Part shown: in pieces, positions 1 through 15,000 of the stretch
Layout of the letters: every line of letters starts with the position of its first letter
Numbering within the stretch: position 1 is the first letter of the stretch
Assembly: GCA_040954595.2 (NCBI GenBank)
Contig: CM082597.2
Span: forward strand, 9,083,778-9,147,777
Length of the DNA: 64,000 nucleotides
Direction: 5' to 3'
From: Balanoglossus misakiensis
Taxonomy: Eukaryota > Animalia > Hemichordata
Program-made: the position numbers and the translations under genes
Notes under the pieces: generated by a model
Database searches by the model: none
What the model was told of the DNA's origin: nothing
Seen by the model: only the letters and a program-made list of their open reading frames with translations

Positions 1-3000
1 ATTTTTTTCAAAAATCGACGAAATTTTGAGATTTTGCAAAGTCGAAAATTTGTCATTTTTTGATGATTTTCACCCATGATTTTTTCAAAAATTGACGAAA
101 TGTTGAGATTTTGCAAAGTCGAAAATTTGTCATTTTTTGATGATTTTCACCCGTGATTTTTTTCAAAAATGGACGAAATTTTGAGATTTTGCAAAGACGA
201 AAATTTGTCATTTTTTGATGATTTTCACCCATGATTTTTTTTCAAAAATCGACGAAATTTTGAGATTTTGCAAAGAGGAGAATTTGTCATTTTTTCATGA
301 TTTTCCCCCATGATTTTTTTCAAAAATCGACGAAATTTTGAGATTTTGCAAAGAGGAAAATTTGTAATTTTTTCATGATTTTCCCACATGATTTTTTTCA
401 AAAATCGACGAAAATTTGAGATTTTGCAAAGACGAAAATTTGTCATTTTTGATGATTTTTACCCATGATTTTTTTTCAAAAATGGACGAAATTGTGAGAT
501 TTTGCAAAGACGAAAATTTGTCATTTTTTGATGATTTTTACCCATGATTTTTTTTCAAAAATGGACGAAATTTTGAGGTTTTGCAAAGTCGAAAATTTGT
601 TATTTTTTGATGATTTTCACCCATGTTTTTTTTAAAAATCGACGAAATTTTGAGATTTTGCAAAGAGGAAAATTTGTCATTTTTTCATGATTTTCCCCCA
701 TGATTTTTTTCAAAAATCGACGAAATTTTGAGATTTTGCAAAGTCGACGAAAATGTGTCATTTTTTGATGATTTTCAACCGTTTTTTTTCAAAATTTGTC
801 ATTTTTTGATGATTTTCACCCATGTTTTTTTTTTTAAAAATCGACGAACCTATGATTTTTTTCAAAATCGACGAAATTTTGTGATTTTACAAAGTCGAAA
901 ATTTGTCATTTTTTCATGATTTTCCCCCATGTTTTTTTTTTAAATGGACGAAATTTTGAGATTTTGCAAAGACGAAAATTTGTTATTTTTTGATGATTTT
1001 CACCCATGATTTTTTCAAAAATTGACGAAATTTTGAGATTTTGCAAAGTCGAAAATTTGTCATTTTTTGATGATTTTCACACATGATTTTTTTTCAAAAA
1101 TCGACGAAATTGTGAGATTTTGCAAAGACGAAAATTTGTCATTTTTTGATGATTTTTACCCATGATTTTTTTTCAAAAATGGACGAAATTTTGAGGTTTT
1201 GCAAAGTCGAAAATTTGTTATTTTTTGATGATTTTCACCCATGTCTTTTTTTAAAAATCGACGAAATTTTGAGATTTTGCAAAGAGGAAAATTTGTCATT
1301 TTTTCATGATTTTCCCCCATGATTTTTTTCAAAAATGGACGAAATTTTGAGATTTTGCAAAGAGGAAAATTTGTCATTTTTTGATGATTTTCACCCATGA
1401 TTTTTTTTCAAAAATCGACGAAATTTTGAGATTTTGCAAAGAGGAGAATTTGTCATTTTTTCATGATTTTCCCCCATGATTTTTTTCAAAAATCGACGAA
1501 ATTTTGAGATTTTGCAAAGAGGAAAATTTGTCATTTTTTCATGATTTTCCCCCATGATTTTTTTCAAAAATCGACTAAAATTTGAGATTTTGCAAAGACG
1601 AAAATTTGTCATTTTTGATGATTTTTACCCATGATATTTTTTCAAAAATGGACGAAATTTTGAGGTTTTGCAAAGTCGAAAATTTGTTATTTTTTGATGA
1701 TTTTCACCCATGTCTTTTTTTAAAAATCGACGAAATTTTGAGATTTTGCAAAGAGGAAAATTTGTCATTTTTTCATGATTTTCCCCCATGATTTTTTTCA
1801 AAAATCGACGAAATTTTGAGATTTTGCAAAGTCGACGAAAATGTGTCATTTTTTGATGATTTTCAACCGTTTTTTTTCAAAATTTGTCATTTTTTCATGA
1901 TTTTCACCCATGTTATTTTTTTAAAAAATCGACGAACCTATGATTTTTTTCAAAATCGACGAAATTTTGTGATTTTACAAAGTCGAAAATTTGTCATTTT
2001 TTCATGATTTTCCCCCATGATTTTTTTCAAAAATCGACGAAAATTTGAGATTTTGCAAAGACGAAAATTTGTCATTTTTGATGATTTTTACCCATGATTT
2101 TTTTTCAAAAATGGACGAAATTTTGAGATTTTGCAAAGACGAAAATTTGTCATTTTTTGATGATTTTCACCAATGATTTTTTTTCAAAAAACGACGAAAT
2201 TTTGAGATTTTGCAGAGGAAAATGTGTCATTTTTTGATGATTTTCACCCTTTTTTTTTCAAAATTTGTCATTTTTTGATGATTTTCTCCCATGATTTTTT
2301 TCAAAAATCGACGAAATTTTGAGATTTTGCAAAGACGAAAATTTGTCATTTTTGATGATTTTTACCCATGATTTTTTTTCAAAAATGGACGAAATTTTGA
2401 GATTTTGCAAAGACGAAAATTTGTCATTTTTTGATGATTTTCACCCATGATTTTTTTTCAAAAATCGACGAAATTTGGAGATTTTGCAAAGTCGTAAATG
2501 TGTCATTTTTTGATGATTTTCACCAGTTTTTTTTTTCAAAATTTGTCATTTTTTCATGATTTTCCCCCATGATTTTTTTCAAAAATCGACGAAAATTTGA
2601 GATTTTGCACAGACGAAAATTTGTCATTTTTGATGATTTTTACCCATGATTTTTTTTCAAAAATGGACGAAATTTTGAGATTTTGCAAAGACGAAAATTT
2701 GTCATTTTTTGATGATTTTCACCCATGATTTTTTTTCAAAAAAACGACGAAATTTTGAGATTTTGCAGAGAGGAAAATTTGTCATTTTTTCATGATTTTC
2801 ACCCATGATTTTTTTTAAAAAAACGACGAAATTTTGAGATTTTGCAAAGAGGAAAATTTGTCATTTTTTCATGATTTTCACCCATGATTTTTTTCAAAAA
2901 TCGACGAAATTTTGAGATTTTGCAAAGAGGAAAATTTGTCATTTTTTCATGATTTTCCCCCATGATTTTTTTCAAAAATCGACGAAAATTTGAGATTTTG

Positions 3001-6000
3001 CAAAGACGAAAATTTGTCATTTTTGATGATTTTTACCCATGATTTTTTTTCAAAAATGGACGAAATTTTTTGATTTTGCAAAGACGAAAATTTGTCATTT
3101 TTTGATGATTTTCACCAATGATTTTTTTTCAAAAAACGACGAAATTTTGAGATTTTGCAGAGGAAAATGTGTCATTTTTTGATGATTTTCACCCGTTTTT
3201 TTTTTCAAAATTTGTCATTTTTTGATGATTTTCACCCATGTTTTTTTTTTAAAAATCGACGAACCTATGATTTTTTTCAAAATCGACGAAATTTTGTGAT
3301 TTTACAAAGTCGAAAATTTTGTCATTTTTTGATGATTTTCAACCATGATTTTTTTTCAAAAATCGACGAAAATTTGAGATTTTGCAAAGACGAAAATTTG
3401 TCATTTTTGATGATTTTTACCCATGATTTTTTTTCAAAAATGGACGAAATTTTTTGATTTTGCAAAGACGAAAATTTGTCATTTTTTAATGATTTTCACC
3501 AATGATTTTTTTTCAAAAAACGACGAAATTTTGAGATTTTGCAGAGGAAAATGTGTCATTTTTTGATGATTTTCACCCGTTTTTTTTTTCAAAATTTGTC
3601 ATTTTTTGATGATTTTCACCCATGTTTTTTTTTTAAAAATCGACGAACCTATGATTTTTTTCAAAATCGACGAAATTTTGTGATTTTACAAAGTCGAAAA
3701 TTTTGTCATTTTTTGATGATTTTCAACCATGATTTTTTTTCAAAAATCGACGAAAATTTGAGATTTTGCAAAGACGAAAATTTGTCATTTTTGATGATTT
3801 TTACCCATGATTTTTTTTCAAAAATGGACGAAATTTTGAGATTTTGCAACGACGATAATTTGTCATTTTTTGATGATTTTCACCAATGATTTTTTTTCAA
3901 ATATCGACGAAATTTTGAGATTTTGCAGAGAGGAAAATTTGTCATTTTTTCATGATTTTCCCCCATGATTTTTTTCAAAAATCGACGAAATTTTGAGATT
4001 TTGCAAAGTCGAAAATTTGTCATTTTTTGATGATTTTCACCCATGATTTTTTCAAAAATTGACGAAATGTTGAGATTTTGCAAAGTCGAAAATTTGTCAT
4101 TTTTTGATGATTTTCACCCGTGATTTTTTTCAAAAATGGACGAAATTTTGAGATTTTGCAAAGACGAAAATTTGTCATTTTTTGATGATTTTCACCCATG
4201 ATTTTTTTTCAAAAATCGACGAAATTTTGAGATTTTGCAAAGAGGAGAATTTGTCATTTTTTCATGATTTTCCCCCATGATTTTTTTCAAAAATCGACGA
4301 AATTTTGAGATTTTGCAAAGAGGAAAATTTGTAATTTTTTCATGATTTTCCCCCATGATTTTTTTCAAAAATCGACGAAAATTTGAGATTTTGCAAAGAC
4401 GAAAATTTGTCATTTTTGATGATTTTTACCCATGATTTTTTTTCAAAAATGGACGAAATTGTGAGATTTTGCAAAGACGAAAATTTGTCATTTTTTGATG
4501 ATTTTTACCCATGATTTTTTTTCAAAAATGGACGAAATTTTGAGATTTTGCAAAGAGGAAAATTTGTCATTTTTTCATGATTTTCCCCCATGATTTTTTT
4601 CAAAAATCGACGAAATTTTGAGATTTTGCAAAGTCGACGAAAATGTGTCATTTTTTGATGATTTTCAACCGTTTTTTTTCAAAATTTGTCATTTTTTGAT
4701 GATTTTCACCCATGTTTTTTTTTTTAAAAATCGACGAACCTATGATTTTTTTCAAAATCGACGAAATTTTGTGATTTTACAAAGTCGAAAATTTGTCATT
4801 TTTTCATGATTTTCCCCCATGATTTTTTTCAAAAATCGACGAAAATTTGAGATTTTGCAAAGACGAAAATTTGTCATTTTTGATGATTTTTACCCATGAT
4901 TTTTTTTCAAAAATGGACGAAATTTTGAGATTTTGCAAAGACGAAAATTTGTCATTTTTTGATGATTTTCACCAATGATTTTTTTTCAAAAAACGACGAA
5001 ATTTTGAGATTTTGCAGAGGAAAATGTGTCATTTTTTGATGATTTTCACCCGTTTTTTTTTTTCAAAATTTGTCATTTTTTGATGATTTTCTCCCATGAT
5101 TTTTTTCAAAAATTGACGAAATTTTGAGATTTTGCAAAGTCGAAAATTTGTCATTTTTTGATGATTTTCACCCATGATTTTTTTCAAAAATCGACGAAAT
5201 TTTGAGATTTTGCAAAGTCGAAAATTTGTCATTTTTTGATGATTTTCCCCCATGTTTTTTTTTTTAAATGGACGAAATTTTGAGATTTTGCAAAGACGAA
5301 AATTTGTTATTTTTTGATGATTTTCACCCATGATTTTTTCAAAAATTGACGAAATTTTGAGATTTTGCAAAGTCGAAAATTTGTCATTTTTTGATGATTT
5401 TCACACATGATTTTTTTTCAAAAATCGACGAAATTGTGAGATTTTGCAAAGACGAAAATTTGTCATTTTTTGATGATTTTTACCCATGATTTTTTTTCAA
5501 AAATGGACGAAATTTTGAGGTTTTGCAAAGTCGAAAATTTGTTATTTTTTGATGATTTTCACCCATGTCTTTTTTTAAAAATCGACGAAATTTTGAGATT
5601 TTGCAAAGAGGAAAATTTGTCATTTTTTCATGATTTTCCCCCATGATTTTTTTCAAAAATGGACGAAATTTTGAGATTTTGCAAAGAGGAAAATTTGTCA
5701 TTTTTTGATGATTTTCACCCATGATTTTTTTTCAAAAATCGACGAAATTTTGAGATTTTGCAAAGAGGAGAATTTGTCATTTTTTCATGATTTTCCCCCA
5801 TGATTTTTTTCAAAAATCGACGAAATTTTGAGATTTTGCAAAGAGGAAAATTTGTCATTTTTTCATGATTTTCACCCATGATTTTTTTCAAAAATCGACG
5901 AAATTTTGAGATTTTGCAAAGAGGAAAATTTGTCATTTTTTCATGATTTTCCCCCATGATTTTTTTCAAAAATCGACTAAAATTTGAGATTTTGCAAAGA

Positions 6001-9000
6001 CGAAAATTTGTCATTTTTGATGATTTTTACCCATGATTTTTTTTCAAAAATGGACGAAATTGTGAGATTTTGCAAAGACGAAAATTTGTCATTTTTTGAT
6101 GATTTTTACCCATGATATTTTTTCAAAAATGGACGAAATTTTGAGGTTTTGCAAAGTCGAAAATTTGTTATTTTTTGATGATTTTCACCCATGTCTTTTT
6201 TTAAAAATCGACGAAATTTTGAGATTTTGCAAAGAGGAAAATTTGTCATTTTTTCATGATTTTCCCCCATGATTTTTTTCAAAAATCGACGAAATTTTGA
6301 GATTTTGCAAAGTCGACGAAAATGTGTCATTTTTTGATGATTTTCAACCGTTTTTTTTCAAAATTTGTCATTTTTTGATGATTTTCACCCATGTTATTTT
6401 TTTAAAAAATCGACGAACCTATGATTTTTTTCAAAATCGACGAAATTTTGTGATTTTACAAAGTCGAAAATTTGTCATTTTTTCATGATTTTCCCCCATG
6501 ATTTTTTTCAAAAATCGACGAAAATTTGAGATTTTGCAAAGACGAAAATTTGTCATTTTTGATGATTTTTACCCATGATTTTTTTTCAAAAATGGACGAA
6601 ATTTTGAGATTTTGCAAAGACGAAAATTTGTCATTTTTTGATGATTTTCACCAATGATTTTTTTTCAAAAAACGACGAAATTTTGAGATTTTGCAGAGGA
6701 AAATGTGTCATTTTTTGATGATTTTCACCCTTTTTTTTTTTCAAAATTTGTCATTTTTTGATGATTTTCTCCCATGATTTTTTTCAAAAATTGACGAAAT
6801 TTTGAGATTTTGCAAAGTCGAAAATTTGTCATTTTTTGATGATTTTCACCCATGATTTTTTTCAAAAATCGACGAAATTTTGAGATTTTGCAAAGTCGAA
6901 AATTTGTAATTTTTTGATGATTTTCACCCATGATTTTTTTCAAAAATCGACGAAATTTTGAGATTTTGCAAAGTCGAAAATTTGTCATTTTTTGATGATT
7001 TTCCCCCATGTTTTTTTTTTTAAATGGACGAAATTTTGAGATTTTGCAAAGACGACAATTTGTTATTTTTTGATGATTTTCACCCATGATTTTTTCAAAA
7101 ATTGACGAAATTTTGAGATTTTGCAAAGTCGAAAATTTGTCATTTTTTGATGATTTTCACACATGATTTTTTTTCAAAAATCGACGAAATTGTGAGATTT
7201 TGCAAAGACGAAAATTTGTCATTTTTTGATGATTTTTACCCATGATTTTTTTTCAAAAATGGACGAAATTTTGAGGTTTTGCAAAGTCGAAAATTTGTTA
7301 TTTTTTGATGATTTTCACCCATGTCTTTTTTTAAAAATCGACGAAATTTTGAGATTTTGCAAAGAGGAAAATTTGTCATTCTTTCATGATTTTCCCCCAT
7401 GATTTTTTTCAAAAATGGACGAAATTTTGAGATTTTGCAAAGAAGAAAATTTGTCATTTTTTCATGATTTTCCCCCATGATTTTTTTCAAAAATCGACGA
7501 AATTTTGTGATTTTACAAATTCGAAAATTTTGTCATTTTTTGATGATTTTCAACCATGATTATTTTTCAAAAATCGACGAAAATTTGAGATTTTGCAAAG
7601 ACGAAAATTTGTCATTTTTGATGATTTTTACCCATGATTTTTTTTCAAATTTGGACGAAATTTTGAGATTTTGCAAAGACGAAAATTTGTCATTTTTTGA
7701 TGATTTTCACCCATGATTTTTTTTCAAAAATCGACGAAATTTTGAGATTTTGCAAAGTCGTAAATGTGTCATTTTTTGATGATTTTCACCAGTTTTTTTT
7801 TTCAAAATTTGTCATTTTTTCATGATTTTCCCCCATGATTTTTTTCAAAAATCGACGAAAATTTGAGATTTTGCAAAGACGAAAATTTGTCATTTTTGAT
7901 GATTTTTACCCATGATTTTTTTTCAAAAATGGACGAAATTTTGAGATTTTGCAAAGACGAAAATTTGTCATTTTTTGATGATTTTCACCAATGATTTTTT
8001 TTCAAAAAACGACGAAATTTTGAGATTTTGCAGAGGAAAATGTGTCATTTTTTGATGATTTTCACCCGTTTTTTTTTTCAAAATTTGTCATTTTTTGATG
8101 ATTTTCTCCCATGATTTTTTTCAAAAATTGACGAAATTTTGAGATTTTGCAAAGTCGAAAATTTGTCATTTTTTGATGATTTTCCCCCATGTTTTTTTTT
8201 TTAAATGGACGAAATTTTGAGATTTTGCAAAGTCGTAAATGTGTCATTTTTTGATGATTTTCACCAGTTTTTTTTTTCAAAATTTGTCATTTTTTCATGA
8301 TTTTCCCCCATGATTTTTTTCAAAAATCGACGAAAATTTGAGATTTTGCAAAGACGAAAATTTGTCATTTTTGATGATTTTTACCCATGATTTTTTTTCA
8401 AAAATGGACGAAATTTTGAGATTTTGCAAAGACGAAAATTTGTCATTTTTTGATGATTTTCACCCATGATTTTTTTTCAAAAAACGACGAAATTTTGAGA
8501 TTTTGCAAAGAGGAAAATTTGTCATTTTTTGATGATTTTCCCCCATGATTTTTTTCAAAAATGGACGAAATTTTGAGATTTTGCAAAGAGGAAAATTTGT
8601 CATTTTTTCATGATTTTCCCCCATGATTTTTTTCAAAAATCGACGAAATTTTGTGATTTTACAAAGTCGAAAATTTTGTCATTTTTTGATGATTTTCAAC
8701 CATGATTTTTTTTCAAAAATCGACGAAAATTTGAGATTTTGCAAAGACGAAAATTTGTCATTTTTGATGATTTTTACCCATGATTTTTTTTCAAAAATGG
8801 ACGAAATTTTGAGATTTTGCAAAGACGAAAATTTGTCATTTTTTGATGATTTTCACCCATGATTTTTTTTCAAAAATCGACGAAATTTTGAGATTTTGCA
8901 AAGTCGTAAATGTGTCATTTTTTGATGATTTTCACCAGTTTTTTTTTTCAAAATTTGTCATTTTTTCATGATTTTCCCCCATGATTTTTTTCAAAAATCG

Positions 9001-12000
9001 ACGAAAATTTGAGATTTTGCAAAGACGAAAATTTGTCATTTTTGATGATTTTTACCCATGATTTTTTTTCAAAAATGGACGAAATTTTGAGATTTTGCAA
9101 AGACGAAAATTTGTCATTTTTTGATGATTTTCACCCATGATTTTTTTTCAAAAAACGACGAAATTTTGAGATTTTGCAAAGAGGAAAATTTGTCATTTTT
9201 TCATGATTTTCCCCCATGATTTTATTCAAAAATCGACGAAAATTTGAGATTTTGCAAAGACGAAAATTTGTCATTTTTGATGATTTTTACCCATGATTTT
9301 TTTTCAAAAATGGACGAAATTTTGAGATTTTGCAAAGACGAAAATTTGTCATTTTTTGATGATTTTCACCAATGATTTTTTTTCAAAAAACGACGAAATT
9401 TTGAGATTTTGCAGAGGAAAATGTGTCATTTTTTGATGATTTTCACCCGTTTTTTTTTTCAAAATTTGTCATTTTTTGATGATTTTCTCCCATGATTTTT
9501 TTCAAAAATTGACGAAATTTTGAGATTTTGCAAAGTCGAAAATTTGTCATTTTTTGATGATTTTCCCCCATGTTTTTTTTTTTAAATGGACGAAATTTTG
9601 AGATTTTGCAAAGTCGTAAATGTGTCATTTTTTGATGATTTTCACCAGTTTTTTTTTTCAAAATTTGTCATTTTTTCATGATTTTCCCCCATGATTTTTT
9701 TCAAAAATTGACGAAATTTTGAGATTTTGCAAAGTCGAAAATTTGTCATTTTTTGATGATTTTCACCAATGATTTTTTTTCAAAAAACGACGAAATTTTG
9801 AGATTTTGCAGAGGAAAATGTGTCATTTTTTGATGATTTTCACCCGTTTTTTTTTTCAAAATTTGTCATTTTTTGATGATTTTCTCCCATGATTTTTTTC
9901 AAAAATTGACGAAATTTTGAGATTTTGCAAAGTCGAAAATTTGTCATTTTTTGATGATTTTCCCCCATGTTTTTTTTTTTAAATGGACGAAATTTTGAGA
10001 TTTTGCAAAGTCGTAAATGTGTCATTTTTTGATGATTTTCACCAGTTTTTTTTTTCAAAATTTGTCATTTTTTCATGATTTTCACCCATGATTTTTTTTC
10101 AAAAAACGACGAAATTTTGAGATTTTGCAAAGAGGAAAATTTGTCATTTTTTCATGATTTTCCCCCATGATTTTATTCAAAAATCGACGAAAATTTGAGA
10201 TTTTGCAAAGACGAAAATTTGTCATTTTTTGATGATTTTCACCAATGATTTTTTTTCAAAAAACGACGAAATTTTGAGATTTTGCAGAGGAAAATGTGTC
10301 ATTTTTTGATGATTTTCACCCGTTTTTTTTTTCAAAATTTGTCATTTTTTGATGATTTTCTCCCATGATTTTTTTCAAAAATTGACGAAATTTTGAGATT
10401 TTGCAAAGTCGAAAATTTGTCATTTTTTGATGATTTTCCCCCATGTTTTTTTTTTTAAATGGACGAAATTTTGAGATTTTGCAAAGTCGTAAATGTGTCA
10501 TTTTTTGATGATTTTCACCAGTTTTTTTTTTCAAAATTTGTCATTTTTTCATGATTTTCACCCATGATTTTTTTTCAAAAAACGACGAAATTTTGAGATT
10601 TTGCAAAGAGGAAAATTTGTCATTTTTTCATGATTTTCCCCCATGATTTTATTCAAAAATCGACGAAAATTTGAGATTTTGCAAAGACGAAAATTTGTCA
10701 TTTTTTGATGATTTTCACCAATGATTTTTTTTCAAAAAACGACGAAATTTTGAGATTTTGCAGAGGAAAATGTGTCATTTTTTGATGATTTTCACCCGTT
10801 TTTTTTTTCAAAATTTGTCATTTTTTGATGATTTTCTCCCATGATTTTTTTCAAAAATTGACGAAATTTTGAGATTTTGCAAAGTCGAAAATTTGTCATT
10901 TTTTGATGATTTTCCCCCATGTTTTTTTTTTTAAATGGACGAAATTTTGAGATTTTGCAAAGTCGTAAATGTGTCATTTTTTGATGATTTTCACCAGTTT
11001 TTTTTTTCAAAATTTGTCATTTTTTCATGATTTTCACCCATGATTTTTTTTCAAAAAACGACGAAATTTTGAGATTTTGCAAAGAGGAAAATTTGTCATT
11101 TTTTCATGATTTTCCCCCATGATTTTATTCAAAAATCGACGAAAATTTGAGATTTTGCAAAGACGAAAATTTGTCATTTTTTGATGATTTTCACCAATGA
11201 TTTTTTTTCAAAAAACGACGAAATTTTGAGATTTTGCAGAGGAAAATGTGTCATTTTTTGATGATTTTCACCCGTTTTTTTTTTCAAAATTTGTCATTTT
11301 TTGATGATTTTCTCCCATGATTTTTTTCAAAAATTGACGAAATTTTGAGATTTTGCAAAGTCGAAAATTTGTCATTTTTTGATGATTTTCCCCCATGTTT
11401 TTTTTTTTAAATGGACGAAATTTTGAGATTTTGCAAAGTCGAAAATTTGTCATTTTTTGATGATTTTCCCCCATGATTTTTTTCAAAAATTGACGAAATT
11501 TTGAGATTTTGCAAAGTCGAAAATTTGTCATTTTTTGATGATTTTCACCAATGATTTTTTTTCAAAAAACGACGAAATTTTGAGATTTTGCAGAGGAAAA
11601 TGTGTCATTTTTTGATGATTTTCACCCGTTTTTTTTTTCAAAATTTGTCATTTTTTGATGATTTTCTCCCATGATTTTTTTCAAAAATTGACGAAATTTT
11701 GAGATTTTGCAAAGTCGAAAATTTGTCATTTTTTGATGATTTTCCCCCATGTTTTTTTTTTTAAATGGACGAAATTTTGAGATTTTGCAAAGTCGTAAAT
11801 GTGTCATTTTTTGATGATTTTCACCAGTTTTTTTTTTCAAAATTTGTCATTTTTTCATGATTTTCACCCATGATTTTTTTTCAAAAAACGACGAAATTTT
11901 GAGATTTTGCAAAGAGGAAAATTTGTCATTTTTTCATGATTTTCCCCCATGATTTTATTCAAAAATCGACGAAAATTTGAGATTTTGCAAAGACGAAAAT

Positions 12001-15000
12001 TTGTCATTTTTTGATGATTTTCACCAATGATTTTTTTTCAAAAAACGACGAAATTTTGAGATTTTGCAGAGGAAAATGTGTCATTTTTTGATGATTTTCA
12101 CCCGTTTTTTTTTTCAAAATTTGTCATTTTTTGATGATTTTCTCCCATGATTTTTTTCAAAAATTGACGAAATTTTGAGATTTTGCAAAGTCGAAAATTT
12201 GTCATTTTTTGATGATTTTCCCCCATGTTTTTTTTTTTAAATGGACGAAATTTTGAGATTTTGCAAAGTCGTAAATGTGTCATTTTTTGATGATTTTCAC
12301 CAGTTTTTTTTTTCAAAATTTGTCATTTTTTCATGATTTTCCCCCATGATTTTTTTCAAAAATTGACGAAATTTTGAGATTTTGCAAAGTCGAAAATTTG
12401 TCATTTTTTGATGATTTTCACCAATGATTTTTTTTCAAAAAACGACGAAATTTTGAGATTTTGCAGAGGAAAATGTGTCATTTTTTGATGATTTTCACCC
12501 GTTTTTTTTTTCAAAATTTGTCATTTTTTGATGATTTTCTCCCATGATTTTTTTCAAAAATTGACGAAATTTTGAGATTTTGCAAAGTCGAAAATTTGTC
12601 ATTTTTTGATGATTTTCCCCCATGTTTTTTTTTTTAAATGGACGAAATTTTGAGATTTTGCAAAGTCGTAAATGTGTCATTTTTTGATGATTTTCACCAG
12701 TTTTTTTTTTCAAAATTTGTCATTTTTTCATGATTTTCACCCATGATTTTTTTTCAAAAAACGACGAAATTTTGAGATTTTGCAAAGAGGAAAATTTGTC
12801 ATTTTTTCATGATTTTCCCCCATGATTTTATTCAAAAATCGACGAAAATTTGAGATTTTGCAAAGACGAAAATTTGTCATTTTTGATGATTTTTACCCAT
12901 GATTTTTTTTCAAAAATGGACGAAATTTTGAGATTTTGCAAAGACGAAAATTTGTCATTTTTTGATGATTTTCACCAATGATTTTTTTTCAAAAAACGAC
13001 GAAATTTTGAGATTTTGCAGAGGAAAATGTGTCATTTTTTGATGATTTTCACCCGTTTTTTTTCAAAATTTGTCATTTTTTGATGATTTTCTCCCATGAT
13101 TTTTTTCAAAAATTGACGAAATTTTGAGATTTTGCAAAGTCGAAAATTTGTCATTTTTTGATGATTTTCCCCCATGTTTTTTTTTTTAAATGGACGAAAT
13201 TTTGAGATTTTGCAAAGTCGTAAATGTGTCATTTTTTGATGATTTTCACCAGTTTTTTTTTTCAAAATTTGTCATTTTTTCATGATTTTCCCCCATGATT
13301 TTTTTCAAAAATCGACGAAAATTTGAGATTTTGCAAAGACGAAAATTTGTCATTTTTGATGATTTTTACCCATGATTTTTTTTCAAAAATGGACGAAATT
13401 TTGAGATTTTGCAAAGACGAAAATTTGTCATTTTTTGATGATTTTCACCCATGATTTTTTTTCAAAAAACGACGAAATTTTGAGATTTTGCAAAGAGGAA
13501 AATTTGTCATTTTTTCATGATTTTCACCCATGATTTTTTTCAAAAATCGACGAAATTTTGAGATTTTGCAAAGAGGAAAATTTGTCATTTTTTCATGATT
13601 TTCCCCCATGATTTTTTTCAAAAATCGACGAAAATTTGAGATTTTGCAAAGACGAAAATTTGTCATTTTTGATGATTTTTACCCATGATTTTTTTTCAAA
13701 AATGGACGAAATTTTAAGATTTTGCAAAGACGAAAATTTGTCATTTTTTGATGATTTTCACCAATGATTTTTTTTCAAAAAACGACGAAATTTTGAGATT
13801 TTGCAGAGGAAAATGTGTCATTTTTTGATGATTTTCACCCGTTTTTTTTTTCAAAATTTGTAATTTTTTGATGATTTTCTCCCATGATTTTTTTCAAAAA
13901 TTGACGAAATTTTGAGATTTTGCAAAGTCGAAAATTTGTCATTTTTTGATGATTTTCACCCATGATTTTTTTCAAAAATCGACGAAATTTTGAGATTTTG
14001 CAAAGTCGAAAATTTGTCATTTTTTGATGATTTTCCCCCATGTTTTTTTTTTTAAATGGACGAAATTTTGAGATTTTGCAAAGTCGAAAATTTGTCATTT
14101 TTTGATGATTTTCCCCCATGTTTTTTTTTTTAAATGGACGAAATTTTGAGATTTTGCAAAGTCGTAAATGTGTCATTTTTTGATGATTTTCACCAGTTTT
14201 TTTTTTCAAAATTTGTCATTTTTTCATGATTTTCCCCCATGATTTTTTTCAAAAATCGACGAAAATTTGAGATTTTGCAAAGACGAAAATTTGTCATTTT
14301 TGATGATTTTTACCCATGATTTTTTTTCAAAAATGGACGAAATTTTGAGATTTTGCAAAGACGAAAATTTGTCATTTTTTGATGATTTTCACCCATGATT
14401 TTTTTTCAAAAAACGACGAAATTTTGAGATTTTGCAAAGAGGAAAATTTGTCATTTTTTCATGATTTTCACCCATGATTTTTTTCAAAAATCGACGAAAT
14501 TTTGAGATTTTGCAAAGAGGAAAATTTGTCATTTTTTCATGATTTTCCCCCATGATTTTTTTCAAAAATCGACGAAAATTTGAGATTTTGCAAAGACGAA
14601 AATTTGTCATTTTTGATGATTTTTACCCATGATTTTTTTTCAAAAATGGACGAAATTTTAAGATTTTGCAAAGACGAAAATTTGTCATTTTTTGATGATT
14701 TTCACCAATGATTTTTTTTCAAAAAACGACGAAATTTTGAGATTTTGCAGAGGAAAATGTGTCATTTTTTGATGATTTTCACCCGGTTTTTTTTTCAAAA
14801 TTTGTAATTTTTTGATGATTTTCTCCCATGATTTTTTTCAAAAATTGACGAAATTTTGAGATTTTGCAAAGTCGAAAATTTGTCATTTTTTGATGATTTT
14901 CACCCATGATTTTTTTCAAAAATCGACGAAATTTTGAGATTTTGCAAAGTCGAAAATTTGTCATTTTTTGATGATTTTCCCCCATGTTTTTTTTTTTAAA

